In this document: one piece after another, positions 50,824-59,789 of the stretch
How positions within the stretch are numbered: position 1 is the stretch's first letter
How the letters are laid out: every line of letters starts with the position of its first letter
Assembly (NCBI GenBank): GCA_965218435.1
Contig: CBDCKW010000009.1
Span: 1,120,001 to 1,184,000, forward strand
Direction of reading: 5' to 3'
Length of the DNA: 64,000 nt
Origin: Truepera sp.
GTDB taxonomy: Bacteria; Deinococcota; Deinococci; Deinococcales; Trueperaceae
Notes under the pieces: generated by a model
The model's database searches: none
What the model saw: only the letters and a program-made list of their open reading frames with translations
Told to the model about the DNA's origin: nothing
Made by a program: the position numbers and the translations under genes

Positions 50824-51032
50824 TGCGCTCTCCTGGATATAGCTTGGGGCGTGGGTTGGGACTGGGGCTCGAGGCGTTCGGCAACGCCCCGCAACTGCGC
50901 GGCAAGTCTCGAGCGCCATAACGGGCAGGGCTTGGCTTCATGCAGAAGGCGGCGTACTTCGGCCTCTCGTTGTAGCGTTTGGGCGCGACCCTCTACTTTA
51001 CTAACTTCGGCGTAAAACCTGATGCTGTCCAT
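50820..51032 (-). CDS. Small hypothetical protein, first gene of the DUF4097/DUF2089 operon
   Basis: AAGGAGG RBS; ATGA overlap with the next gene. Confidence 0.75.
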   Translation of the reverse strand: MDSIRFYAEVSKVEGRAQTLQREAEVRRLLHEAKPCPLWRSRLAAQLRGVAERLEPQSQPTPQAISRRAQ

Positions 51033-51050
51033 ACCGCCTCCTTTTGCTAA

Positions 51051-51079
51051 AAGATAAACCTAAAACGTAAATATGTCAA
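51051..51079 (-). promoter_or_regulatory. Sigma70-type promoter
   Basis: TTGACA-17 nt-TATCTT on the minus strand, with an AT-rich upstream tract. Confidence 0.7.
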
Positions 51080-51231
51080 GTAAAAATTAATAAATATAAA
51101 AATTGACTTATCACGTTTGTCTATTTGAGCTGTTATTCATAGAAAGTTGAATGAGATTAGGGCGGGGCTCGAGCTCCCTAAATCGGACGATAGGCGGAGG
51201 TTTGGGAGGCTACGCATTGGTATCTTGAACT

Positions 51232-52665
51232 ATGGCTTCACCGTCTCCCCGTATTTTCGATGCTGAGCACCGCACCCTTACCTTGGGCATCCTGATAGGG
51301 GTCACCCTCATCGCTTTTGAATCCCTCGCCGTCGTGACCATCGCGCCCCGTTTTGCCGCTGAACTGGGCGGCACCCATCTCTACGGCTGGGTCTTTAGCG
51401 GTCTGCTTTTGACCTCGCTGTTAGGCACTGTGATCGGCGGGCAGATGGCCGACACCAGGGGGCCGGGGCGGGTGATCTTGCTGGGGCTGATTATCTTCGG
51501 CTTGGGGCTCGCGGTCGGGGGCGCTGCGCCGACGATGCCGGTGCTGCTCGTCGGTCGGCTGTTGCAAGGTCTAGGTGGCGGTGCGCTCGGGACGGCGCTC
51601 TACGCGGTGGCCAACCTCGCCTACAGCGACCGTCTGCGCCCGGCGCTGTTCGCGGCGATGTCGAGCGCGTGGGTCGTGCCGGGGCTCGTCGGGCCGCTGC
51701 TGGCCGCCTTTATCGCGGCGGCGGTGGGCTGGCGCGTCGTCTTTTGGGGTCTTATCCCGCTGCTGGTGCTGGTCGCCGTTTTGACCGTCCCGGCCTTCCG
51801 CCGCTTTCCCCGTCCGAACGCGCCGACGCCGCCGAGCCGCCTGCCGCAGGCGCTCGGTCTGTCTTTTGGCACCGGGCTCTTTTTGGCAGGGTTGACGCTC
51901 GCCTCGTGGTGGGGCGCTGCGCTGCTCGCCGTTGGTGGGCCGTTGGCACTCATGAGTTTACGCCGCCTCATGCCCGCCGGGACGCTCCGGGCTCGGCGGG
52001 GACTTCCGGCGGTGGTGGCCTCGAGGGGTCTCTTTTACGCGTCGTTTGCCGGGGTCGAGGCGTTTTTGGCCTTTATGCTGACCCGCGTTCACGGTTATAC
52101 GGAGACCGTCGCGGGGGTCGTGATTGCAACCGGGGCGCTCAGCTGGGCGACCGGCTCATTTTTGCAGGCACAGCTCGATAAGCGCGGGACCGGCGAACCG
52201 GGGCGGGCGCGGCGCGTACGCTTTGGGACGCTGCTGATGAGTGCCGGACTCTCGGTACAACTCGTGGCGCTGTTCGCGCCGCTGTATTCGCTGCCGATCA
52301 GCATGGTGGGCTGGGGGACGGCGGGTCTGGGCATCGGCTTGGCGCACTCGACGGCCTCGGTGCTGGCGTTTGCGGCAGCCCCGGCCGGGCAGGGCGGGGC
52401 GGTCTCGGCGTCTTTACAACTCGCCGATCAGTTTTCCTCGGCGCTTTCGACCGGCATCGGGGGGGCGCTGCTCGCGTTCTCCGTGCAGCTCGGATTGTCG
52501 GAACAACTCGGCGTCGCGTGGGCCTTCGGGTTTTGTCTGCTGCTGATTTTTGGGGCGGTGTGGACGTCGGGGCGGCTCGCCTCACCGGACGCTAACTCTA
52601 GCGTTGCTGAAAACGTCACCGAGAACGTCGGGGTGCGGAGCGTCCCGGTCTCCGAAGGGCGGTAA
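51232..52665 (+). CDS. MFS transporter (drug:H+ antiporter-like)
   Basis: AFESLAV, GRLLQGLGGG and SAWVVPGLVGP motifs; many TM helices. Confidence 0.9.
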   Translation: MASPSPRIFDAEHRTLTLGILIGVTLIAFESLAVVTIAPRFAAELGGTHLYGWVFSGLLLTSLLGTVIGGQMADTRGPGRVILLGLIIFGLGLAVGGAAPTMPVLLVGRLLQGLGGGALGTALYAVANLAYSDRLRPALFAAMSSAWVVPGLVGPLLAAFIAAAVGWRVVFWGLIPLLVLVAVLTVPAFRRFPRPNAPTPPSRLPQALGLSFGTGLFLAGLTLASWWGAALLAVGGPLALMSLRRLMPAGTLRARRGLPAVVASRGLFYASFAGVEAFLAFMLTRVHGYTETVAGVVIATGALSWATGSFLQAQLDKRGTGEPGRARRVRFGTLLMSAGLSVQLVALFAPLYSLPISMVGWGTAGLGIGLAHSTASVLAFAAAPAGQGGAVSASLQLADQFSSALSTGIGGALLAFSVQLGLSEQLGVAWAFGFCLLLIFGAVWTSGRLASPDANSSVAENVTENVGVRSVPVSEGR

Positions 52666-52674
52666 ACTTAGCGT

Positions 52675-53268
52675 GTGATTGCCTATTTAGACGGTGTGGT
52701 GGCCGAGGTGCGGGCGAACAGCCTGGTGGTGCAGACGGGCGGGTTCGGGCTCGAGGTGTTTGCCCCCAAATCTACCCTGATGGTCTCCAAAGTCGGGACG
52801 GCGCTGCGGCTCCACACCTATTTCCTTGTCAAAGAAGACCTGTTGGCGCTCTACGGCTTTCACGACCGCGACGCCCACACGCTTTTTACCTATCTGATCG
52901 GCGTGTCGGGGGTCGGGCCGAAGCTGGCGTTAGCACTCCTGTCAGGAATGCAGACCTCGCTGATTGCCGGGGCGATTTTGCAAGGTGACGCCGGACTTTT
53001 AGCGAGTGCGCCGGGCGTCGGGAAAAAGATGGCCGAACGCATCATCTTAGACCTCAAAAATAAACTCCCCGAAGAGTTGCAAGCACCGGGCGCGACGGGC
53101 CGGGTCATGACGCTCACGACGCCCGCCGCCGAAGACGCGGTCGAGGCACTGTTAGCCCTTGGCTACCGTGAGACGCAGGTCAAGGGCGTGGTCGCCGAAC
53201 TGGCGCTAAAAGAGAATGAAGCGACGGCCGAGGCGCTGATTCGGAAGGCGCTTTCGAGGCTCCGCTAG
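52675..53268 (+). CDS. ruvA: Holliday junction branch migration protein RuvA
   Basis: MIAYLDG, LYGF, VSGVGPKLAL, PGVGKKMAERI and EALLALGY motifs. Confidence 0.97.
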   Translation: MIAYLDGVVAEVRANSLVVQTGGFGLEVFAPKSTLMVSKVGTALRLHTYFLVKEDLLALYGFHDRDAHTLFTYLIGVSGVGPKLALALLSGMQTSLIAGAILQGDAGLLASAPGVGKKMAERIILDLKNKLPEELQAPGATGRVMTLTTPAAEDAVEALLALGYRETQVKGVVAELALKENEATAEALIRKALSRLR

Positions 53269-53271
53269 GCC

Positions 53272-53646
53272 GTGAGTCACTTGTTTATGAAAGTCGCACC
53301 TGCAGACGCTGAGCCGGTAAGTCGCGCGAGGCTCGAGCAAGTTCTTACTTACCTGCGTGATTACCCTGCCTCGGTGGTGGCTGTCTCTTACGCCGGGGAC
53401 GCGCCGCCGCTCGCCCGTCTGGGTTCACTGGTGACCCGAGAACAGCTCGAGCAAGGAGCGATTCCCGACCCGGTGTTGCTGCGTTTTACCGAGCGCCTTA
53501 AAAAAGCCAGAGCGGATTTAAGTTTGGATGAGCTTTTGCAGTTGCCCGTCCCAGTGAGCGCCGGGGACCAAGAAGTTTACACGGCCCGGTTGGGTAAATG
53601 GCTTTTTGAAGTGAGGATGCTCGAGCGAACTTTATCCCGGTTGTAA
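53272..53646 (+). CDS. Hypothetical protein
   Basis: ORF starts 3 nt after ruvA; host-like codon usage. Confidence 0.6.
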   Translation: MSHLFMKVAPADAEPVSRARLEQVLTYLRDYPASVVAVSYAGDAPPLARLGSLVTREQLEQGAIPDPVLLRFTERLKKARADLSLDELLQLPVPVSAGDQEVYTARLGKWLFEVRMLERTLSRL

Positions 53647-53703
53647 AGGGCTGCTGAAAGAAACGTTTATAGTCTCGAGTATGACTTCTGGGTTCTACAC
53701 GCC

Positions 53704-55086
53704 GTGAGCGCAACCTATCATCTGAAGCTGGGGCGGCGCAGCTACAGCTTCACTGACCTTAGAGACGTGCTGGCCAAAGCCTCACCGCACCGTTCCGGCG
53801 ATGTGCTGGCGGGTCTCGCGGCGACCTCGGCCGAAGAGCGCGTTGCCGCGAAGTACGTGCTGAGCGAGCTGCCCTTACAGATTTTTTTGGACGAACCGCT
53901 CGTCCCTTACGAGCAAGACGAGGTGACGCGGCTTATCGTAGATACGCACGACGCAAGCGCGTTCTCCCCGGTTGCGGGGTTAAGTGTCGGTGAGTTTCGT
54001 AACTGGCTCTTGTCCGACGAGGCCGATACAGCAACGCTTCAGGCGCTTGCGCCCGGACTTACGCCGGAGATGGTCGCCGCCGTCAGCAAGCTCATGCGTA
54101 ACCAAGATTTGATTTTAGCCGCCCGTAAGTGCCGAGTCGTCACGCGGTTTCGGACGACGATAGGTTTAGAAGGCCGGTTTTCTACTCGGTTACAACCGAA
54201 CCACCCGACCGACGACCCCAAGGGTATCCTGGCGTCTATCGTAGACGGGCTGATGTTCGGTGTCGGCGACGCGGTGATCGGGATCAATCCGGCGTCGGAC
54301 AGTGTGGCGTCGGCGGTGTCGCTGTTAACCATGCTCGACGAACTGAGGGGGGCGCTCGAGCTCCCCACGCAGATGTGCGTGCTGACCCATGTCACCAATC
54401 AACTTCGGGCCGTTGAGCAGGGTGCGCCCCTCGACCTCATGTTTCAGTCGGTGGCGGGCACCGAAGCTGCCAACGCCGGGTTCGGCGTCAATCTAGCCTT
54501 ACTCCGCGAAGCGAACGATGCAGCTCGTTCTTTGGCTCGCGGCACGTTAGGGAATAACGTGATGTACTTTGAAACCGGGCAGGGCGCGGCACTTTCGGCG
54601 GGCGCACATCACGGGCTCGATCTACAAACCGCCGAAGCGCGGGCCTACGCGGTGGCTAGGGCGTTTGAGCCGCTGCTGGTCAACACGGTCGTCGGCTTTA
54701 TCGGGCCGGAATACCTTTACAACGGCAAACAGATCATCCGAGCAGGGTTGGAAGACCACTTTTGCGGCAAACTTTTAGGGTTGCCGATGGGCTGCGACGT
54801 GTGCTATACGAACCACGCCGACGCCGACCAGGACGATATGGATACGCTCCTGACGCTTCTCGCAGCGGCAGGTGTGACGTTTGTCATGGGTGTGCCGGGA
54901 GCCGACGACATCATGCTCAACTATCAGAGCACTTCATATCACGACGCGTGGTACGTGCGGCAAGCTTTGGGGCTACGGCCTGCCCCGGAGTTTGAAAGGT
55001 GGTTGGAGCAGTTCGGTATCGTCCGGGAACACCGACTTACCCCGCCCGGAGCGGCGCAGCGGCTGCTGACCTTGGCGGGCGTTTGA
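53704..55086 (+). CDS. eutB: Ethanolamine ammonia-lyase large subunit
   Basis: RLQPNHPTDD, YFETGQG, NTVVGFIGPEYLY and GLEDHFCGKLLG motifs. Confidence 0.97.
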   Translation: MSATYHLKLGRRSYSFTDLRDVLAKASPHRSGDVLAGLAATSAEERVAAKYVLSELPLQIFLDEPLVPYEQDEVTRLIVDTHDASAFSPVAGLSVGEFRNWLLSDEADTATLQALAPGLTPEMVAAVSKLMRNQDLILAARKCRVVTRFRTTIGLEGRFSTRLQPNHPTDDPKGILASIVDGLMFGVGDAVIGINPASDSVASAVSLLTMLDELRGALELPTQMCVLTHVTNQLRAVEQGAPLDLMFQSVAGTEAANAGFGVNLALLREANDAARSLARGTLGNNVMYFETGQGAALSAGAHHGLDLQTAEARAYAVARAFEPLLVNTVVGFIGPEYLYNGKQIIRAGLEDHFCGKLLGLPMGCDVCYTNHADADQDDMDTLLTLLAAAGVTFVMGVPGADDIMLNYQSTSYHDAWYVRQALGLRPAPEFERWLEQFGIVREHRLTPPGAAQRLLTLAGV

Positions 55087-55087
55087 A

Positions 55088-55846
55088 ATGCCCGTCATCC
55101 GAACGCCGTGGGAGCACCTCAGAAACTTGACGGCGGCTCGTATCGCGCTGGGCCGCGCCGGGAGCAGTTTACCCACCGAGGAGGTTTTGGCTTTCGAGCT
55201 GGCTCACGCACGCGCCAAAGACGCGGTTTACGCGGCGCTTGACGTAACGCACCTAACACGGGAGCTGTCTCGAGACGGAGACGTGCTGAGCGTCCATTCC
55301 CAAGCTGAGTCCCACGAAACCTATCTCACCCGCCCCGACTTGGGCCGCTTGCTCAACCCGGCAGATGAGGCGTTACTCCGGGCACGGCGCGGCGCGTTCG
55401 ACCTCGTGATCGTCGTTGCTGACGGGCTTTCGGCGGTAGCTGTAAACCGGCACGCGGTCCCGCTCCTAGAGACGCTGGGGCCACTTCTCGAGCTCTATAC
55501 GCTGGCTCCTATCGTCTTGGCGCAAGGAGCTAGAGTCGCCCTCGCCGACGCTATCGGGGACGCGCTCGGCGCAAAGCTGAGCCTCGTGTTAATCGGCGAA
55601 CGCCCCGGCCTCAGCTCTCCGGAAAGCTTAGGTGCCTACCTGAGCTTCGCGCCGCGGCCCGGCCGTCTCGATTCGGAACGCAACTGCGTGTCGAACGTTC
55701 ACCCCGCCGGACTTTCAAACCGGGCGGCGGCGCAGCTGCTTTCGGTTCTTATCCGCGAAGCTCTGCGGCAACAGCTGACGGGCGTCGGGCTTAAAGTCGA
55801 GGGGGCGCTGACGTTACCCCCCGAAGCGTCCCGTCTGCCTAGCTGA
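55088..55846 (+). CDS. eutC: Ethanolamine ammonia-lyase small subunit
   Basis: TAARIALGRAG, RPDLGR, ADGLSA, IGERPGL and RNCVSN motifs. Confidence 0.96.
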   Translation: MPVIRTPWEHLRNLTAARIALGRAGSSLPTEEVLAFELAHARAKDAVYAALDVTHLTRELSRDGDVLSVHSQAESHETYLTRPDLGRLLNPADEALLRARRGAFDLVIVVADGLSAVAVNRHAVPLLETLGPLLELYTLAPIVLAQGARVALADAIGDALGAKLSLVLIGERPGLSSPESLGAYLSFAPRPGRLDSERNCVSNVHPAGLSNRAAAQLLSVLIREALRQQLTGVGLKVEGALTLPPEASRLPS

Positions 55847-55882
55847 CTTCTACATGAAGTCCTACCGAACCCCGACCTATTC

Positions 55883-55960
55883 GTGGACGCTCGGCCGCGC
55901 CCTGAGCAAACCTTTGACGCCCTACGCCTCAACGTGCTCAGCGACAGGCTTTTTGCGATT
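55883..55960 (+). pseudogene. 5' relic of a TMEM175/DUF1211 gene
   Basis: EQTFDALRLNVLSDRLFAI versus EQTFDALRLNALSDGLFAI at 59079-59135. Confidence 0.85.
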
Positions 55961-56124
55961 GCTCAGGTGAAAAAACGTGTGTGAGCCTCTCCCAAATCGC
56001 AGCGCGGCTGACAAGCCCGGTTCAAACGGTTTCAAGTTATTCTGTGGAGGTTTACGGTGTAAAAGCCGTGTGCCTCCGGGCTCAACCACCGGTGATTACA
56101 ACAGCTACCCGTTAGGGAGAACGC

Positions 56125-57255
56125 ATGAAGCTCAAAAAGATTACGGCGACCGAGGTCGTGGTGCCTGCCAAAGCCGGGACGATCAATAGCGAGGGGCTCG
56201 AGCGTCCCCTGCACAAACTAAGCAGCAAAGGCCGCGCGGCCTGGACGCAGCAGTTCGATACGCTCCCGAAGCTGCTGTTACAGCTTCACTGGGAGGGCGG
56301 CCTGGTGGGGCTGGGCGAATGCTACCGCGACCACGATTGGGAGACGGTTGCAACGATTTCGGCTTCACTGCTCGGCCTCGAGCTAGCGTCTTTAACCCTG
56401 CAAGAGCTGCCGATCAGCCCGTGCCGCGAATACGACGGGTTCGAGTGCGCCGTCTGGGACAGCACGGCCAAAGCGCATAACTTGCCGCTAGTGACGCTCT
56501 TAGGGGGCGCGGTGCGTGAGCGGGTGCTCGTCGGGGCGTGGACGGGTCACCGCGAGGTCGCTGAGATTCCCGACCTGGCGCGGCGGTTTGCGGCGCAGGA
56601 TTACCGGCACTGGAAGTTCAAGTGCGACCTGGAGGACGATGTAGCGGCCTGGTGCGCGGCCATTAAAGAGGCCGCCCCCGGGATGAAAGTCGTCTTGGAC
56701 CCCAACGAACGCTGGGAGTTTGCGTTCGAGGCGCGTGCCCGCCTAGATGAACTTGCCAAGCTTGGGAACGTGTTGTGTCTCGAGGACCCCTTGCCGCGTT
56801 GGAACTTAGACGCGTACCGTGAACTTCGCGCGCACAGCAGCGTGGCGATTGCGCTGCACGTCTCGCTGCCTTATCTTGCCCACGGACAGAGGGTTTCAGA
56901 CGCCATCAACGCCCTGACCCAGCACGCTGTAGACGGCTTTAACTTTAACGGCGGGCTCGCCAAGTTTGGGCAGCTGAGCAGTATCGCGGGGGCCGCGCAC
57001 TTACCCTTTTGGCATGGTAGTGAGCTAGATTTAGGCGTGCTCGAGGCCATGTACCTGCATCAGTGCGCCGCCGCCAAACTGTGTATCTGGCCGAGTGACA
57101 TCTTCGGACGGCTGGTACGGACGCACGACCTGCTCAAAACCCCGCTCCGGCTCGAGCCTCCCTACGCTTACCTGCCCACCGGTCCCGGCCTCGGCATTGA
57201 ACTGGACCTCGCTGCGCTCGAGACCTACACCACCCGTCAAGAGGTCTACGCGTGA
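56125..57255 (+). CDS. Enolase superfamily enzyme (mandelate racemase/muconate cycloisomerase-like)
   Basis: KFK, DPN, EDP and GPGLGIELD motifs. Confidence 0.88.
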   Translation: MKLKKITATEVVVPAKAGTINSEGLERPLHKLSSKGRAAWTQQFDTLPKLLLQLHWEGGLVGLGECYRDHDWETVATISASLLGLELASLTLQELPISPCREYDGFECAVWDSTAKAHNLPLVTLLGGAVRERVLVGAWTGHREVAEIPDLARRFAAQDYRHWKFKCDLEDDVAAWCAAIKEAAPGMKVVLDPNERWEFAFEARARLDELAKLGNVLCLEDPLPRWNLDAYRELRAHSSVAIALHVSLPYLAHGQRVSDAINALTQHAVDGFNFNGGLAKFGQLSSIAGAAHLPFWHGSELDLGVLEAMYLHQCAAAKLCIWPSDIFGRLVRTHDLLKTPLRLEPPYAYLPTGPGLGIELDLAALETYTTRQEVYA

Positions 57256-58127
57256 CGGCTAATCCGTTTCTAAACGACCCCGACCGCTACGCCATCTGGG
57301 AGATGCTTGTCACGCGCGACATCGCCGCGTTTGTCGCGCAAGATTGGGAACAAGTCGCAGGCGACTTTATCGAACCGGGTTTTTGGGGTCTCGACGCCCG
57401 GTTTCGTGCGAATCCCGATTCGTGGCAGCTCAGCTTTCCTACGTTGGCGAGCTACCGCGAGGCGTGGCTGGAGCAAGCTCATGCGAATGCTGGACGTATA
57501 ACTCCGGTCAAACTGAGTGAGGCGCTCATGGACGCGACGACGCTTAGAGACATCGAGCTGAAGGGGGAGAGCGCCGTCGCGCACAAAAAATTTGACGGTG
57601 AGCTTCGCTTTGATGACGGTTCGGTAGAGACGCTCCGTTGGCAGACGCTCTACCACTGCCGCAAGGTGGCGGGTGAGTGGAAAATCGCTGGATTCGTAGG
57701 GTACTTACTCAATCCACTGGGTGAAGCCGCAGCGGGTGCAACCGCTTTGGTCAAAGAAGTTCCGGTGGGCTCGAGCCAGCACGCGACCGCCGGGCCGTAC
57801 TCGCCGGTGCTGCGCGTCCGGGCCACCGAACTCGTGGTGATTTCGGGGCAGGTCGGGGTCGCACCTGACGGCAGCGTCCGCAGTGACGACTTTACGGCGC
57901 AGACTGAGGATACTCTAGATAACTGTTTTGCGAAGCTCTCGAGCGCCGGATTAGGAGCTGCCGACGTCTTTAAGGTCAACGTCTACCTGACTGATTTGGC
58001 CAACTGGGAGGCGTTTAACGTGGTGTACCGAGAACGCTTTCCCGACCCTAAACCGGTCCGCACTGCTGTCGGCACCCAGCTCTTACCCGGTATCTTGGTC
58101 GAAGTCGAACTGTGGGCCGCGCGGTGA
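57252..58127 (+). CDS. NTF2-like domain fused to a RidA/YjgF domain
   Basis: N-terminal IWEMLVTRDI...AHKKFDG...WKIAGF; C-terminal GPYS, ISGQ, KVNVYL, FNVVY, PVRT, VEVE. Confidence 0.82.
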   Translation: MTANPFLNDPDRYAIWEMLVTRDIAAFVAQDWEQVAGDFIEPGFWGLDARFRANPDSWQLSFPTLASYREAWLEQAHANAGRITPVKLSEALMDATTLRDIELKGESAVAHKKFDGELRFDDGSVETLRWQTLYHCRKVAGEWKIAGFVGYLLNPLGEAAAGATALVKEVPVGSSQHATAGPYSPVLRVRATELVVISGQVGVAPDGSVRSDDFTAQTEDTLDNCFAKLSSAGLGAADVFKVNVYLTDLANWEAFNVVYRERFPDPKPVRTAVGTQLLPGILVEVELWAAR

Positions 58128-58140
58128 TCTGGAGCAGATT

Positions 58141-58929
58141 ATGATCTGGGACAAGCTGACGAGCCCGCAGCTCGCGGCGCTCCCCAAAACTGTACCGGTC
58201 GTCTTGCCGCTCGCCGCGACTGAACAGCACGGCCCGCACCTGCCGCTCGCTACCGACCGCCTGATCGCCGAGCACTTTATGACGCGCTTAGACGAGGAAC
58301 TTAGGGAAAACGTTCTTATTTTACCGACGGTCGCGGTGGGTTGCTCGGAGCATCACCTGGACTTTTGCGGGTCGCTGACGCTGACGCACGAACACTTTGC
58401 GGCGTATGTAACCGATGTGCTCACCTCAGTTCAGAGCCACGGGTTTACCAACCTAGTGATGTTTAACGCCCACGGGGGCAATTTAGCCGTCGGGCAGACG
58501 ATTTTAGAAATCTTCGGACGACGACGCCCCGAGTGCCAGGTTGTCATGATGACCTGGTGGCAGCTCGCTACGGCTGAGCTGCTTGAACTCAGCGAAACGG
58601 GTCCCGGCGGCGTCGGGCACGCCGGTGAGTTTGAAACATCGCTGCTGCTCTACTTCGCTGAGGCTTTAGTTCAAAAAGATAAGTTGCCCGATAACGGCTT
58701 AGCACCGACCTATACGTGGGCCGAGAGTGATATGCTCCGGCGCGGCAACGCGAGCCTCTACCGCCCCTTCAACACGATGACGCGTAACGGTGTCGTCGGG
58801 GTACCTAAAGCGGCGGGTGCCGACAAAGGGGCGCGGATCAGCGATATTGTCGTGGCGCACGCGGCGCGTATTCTGAGGTCTTTACAGGACTCACCGGGCG
58901 TTGTCCACACAGAGGGTCACGACTCATAG
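58141..58929 (+). CDS. Creatininase family amidohydrolase
   Basis: EQHGPHLPLATD, SEHH, NAHGGN and HAGEFETS motifs. Confidence 0.93.
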   Translation: MIWDKLTSPQLAALPKTVPVVLPLAATEQHGPHLPLATDRLIAEHFMTRLDEELRENVLILPTVAVGCSEHHLDFCGSLTLTHEHFAAYVTDVLTSVQSHGFTNLVMFNAHGGNLAVGQTILEIFGRRRPECQVVMMTWWQLATAELLELSETGPGGVGHAGEFETSLLLYFAEALVQKDKLPDNGLAPTYTWAESDMLRRGNASLYRPFNTMTRNGVVGVPKAAGADKGARISDIVVAHAARILRSLQDSPGVVHTEGHDS

Positions 58930-58999
58930 CTGTAAAAACTATAGCCGTAAAAAAATTGGAACTGTACAAACTGAGACGCGTTTTCGGGTCTGCTGCTAA

Positions 59000-59019
59000 G
59001 GGGCGGCTCGAGCCGCCCC
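59000..59019. repeat. Perfect 20-bp palindrome centred on CTCGAG
   Basis: GGGGCGGCTCGAGCCGCCCC. Confidence 0.9.
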
Positions 59020-59051
59020 AACTGACCTGGACGCTTGGCTATACTTAAACG

Positions 59052-59768
59052 ATGCTGACTCCCGGCCCCCCTCGAGCTGAACAAACCTTTGACGCTCTCC
59101 GCTTAAACGCCCTCAGCGACGGGCTTTTTGCCATCGTGCTGACACTCCTCGTACTCGACATCAAGTTGCCGGAGAATGTGAGCGCGTCGGCCTCGACGCG
59201 TGAGCTGTTAAGGCTGCTCGTTCCTGCGCTTTCAGGCTATCTCATCACCTTCGTCCTCGCGGGCGTGTACTGGATTCTCCATAACCGCCTTGTCGAATCG
59301 CTGCGTGTTATTACCCCCCAACTGCTGTGGCTCAACCTGATGCTGCTGCTTTCGGTGGGCCTGCTACCTTTTAGTGCAGCGGCACTATTCGGAGACAATA
59401 ACCTCGGCTATCCCTTTTACAGCGTCAATATGATTTTGATCGGTGTGACCCAGGCGGCTCTGTGGGGCTACGCGGCAGCGGCGGGGTTGTTAAAAGAAGA
59501 GCAGCGAGACCCCAAGCACGTTCGGACGGTGCTGGGGCGTACCCTAATCACACCTTTGGTCTTTGCCTTCGTTTTGGTACTGCGGCCCGTCGCGCCGACC
59601 GTCGCACCGTTCCTACCCTTCGCACTTTTCCCTGGGCAGCTTTTGTTTCGTGAACCGCGCGGCGCTCGGGACGCTCCAGCGCAGCCGAGGTGGGCCACAT
59701 TTTGGCGCTTCGTGGCTTTTGCACCTGTAATCGCGTTTTTTCTCGCGCTGCTCTGGCTTAGAGGCTAG
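59052..59768 (+). CDS. TMEM175/DUF1211 family K+ channel-like membrane protein
   Basis: RLNALSDGLFAIVLTLLVLDI, YWILH and LLPF motifs. Confidence 0.9.
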   Translation: MLTPGPPRAEQTFDALRLNALSDGLFAIVLTLLVLDIKLPENVSASASTRELLRLLVPALSGYLITFVLAGVYWILHNRLVESLRVITPQLLWLNLMLLLSVGLLPFSAAALFGDNNLGYPFYSVNMILIGVTQAALWGYAAAAGLLKEEQRDPKHVRTVLGRTLITPLVFAFVLVLRPVAPTVAPFLPFALFPGQLLFREPRGARDAPAQPRWATFWRFVAFAPVIAFFLALLWLRG

Positions 59769-59789
59769 TGCCTTCCTCGCCGCTTGTCT

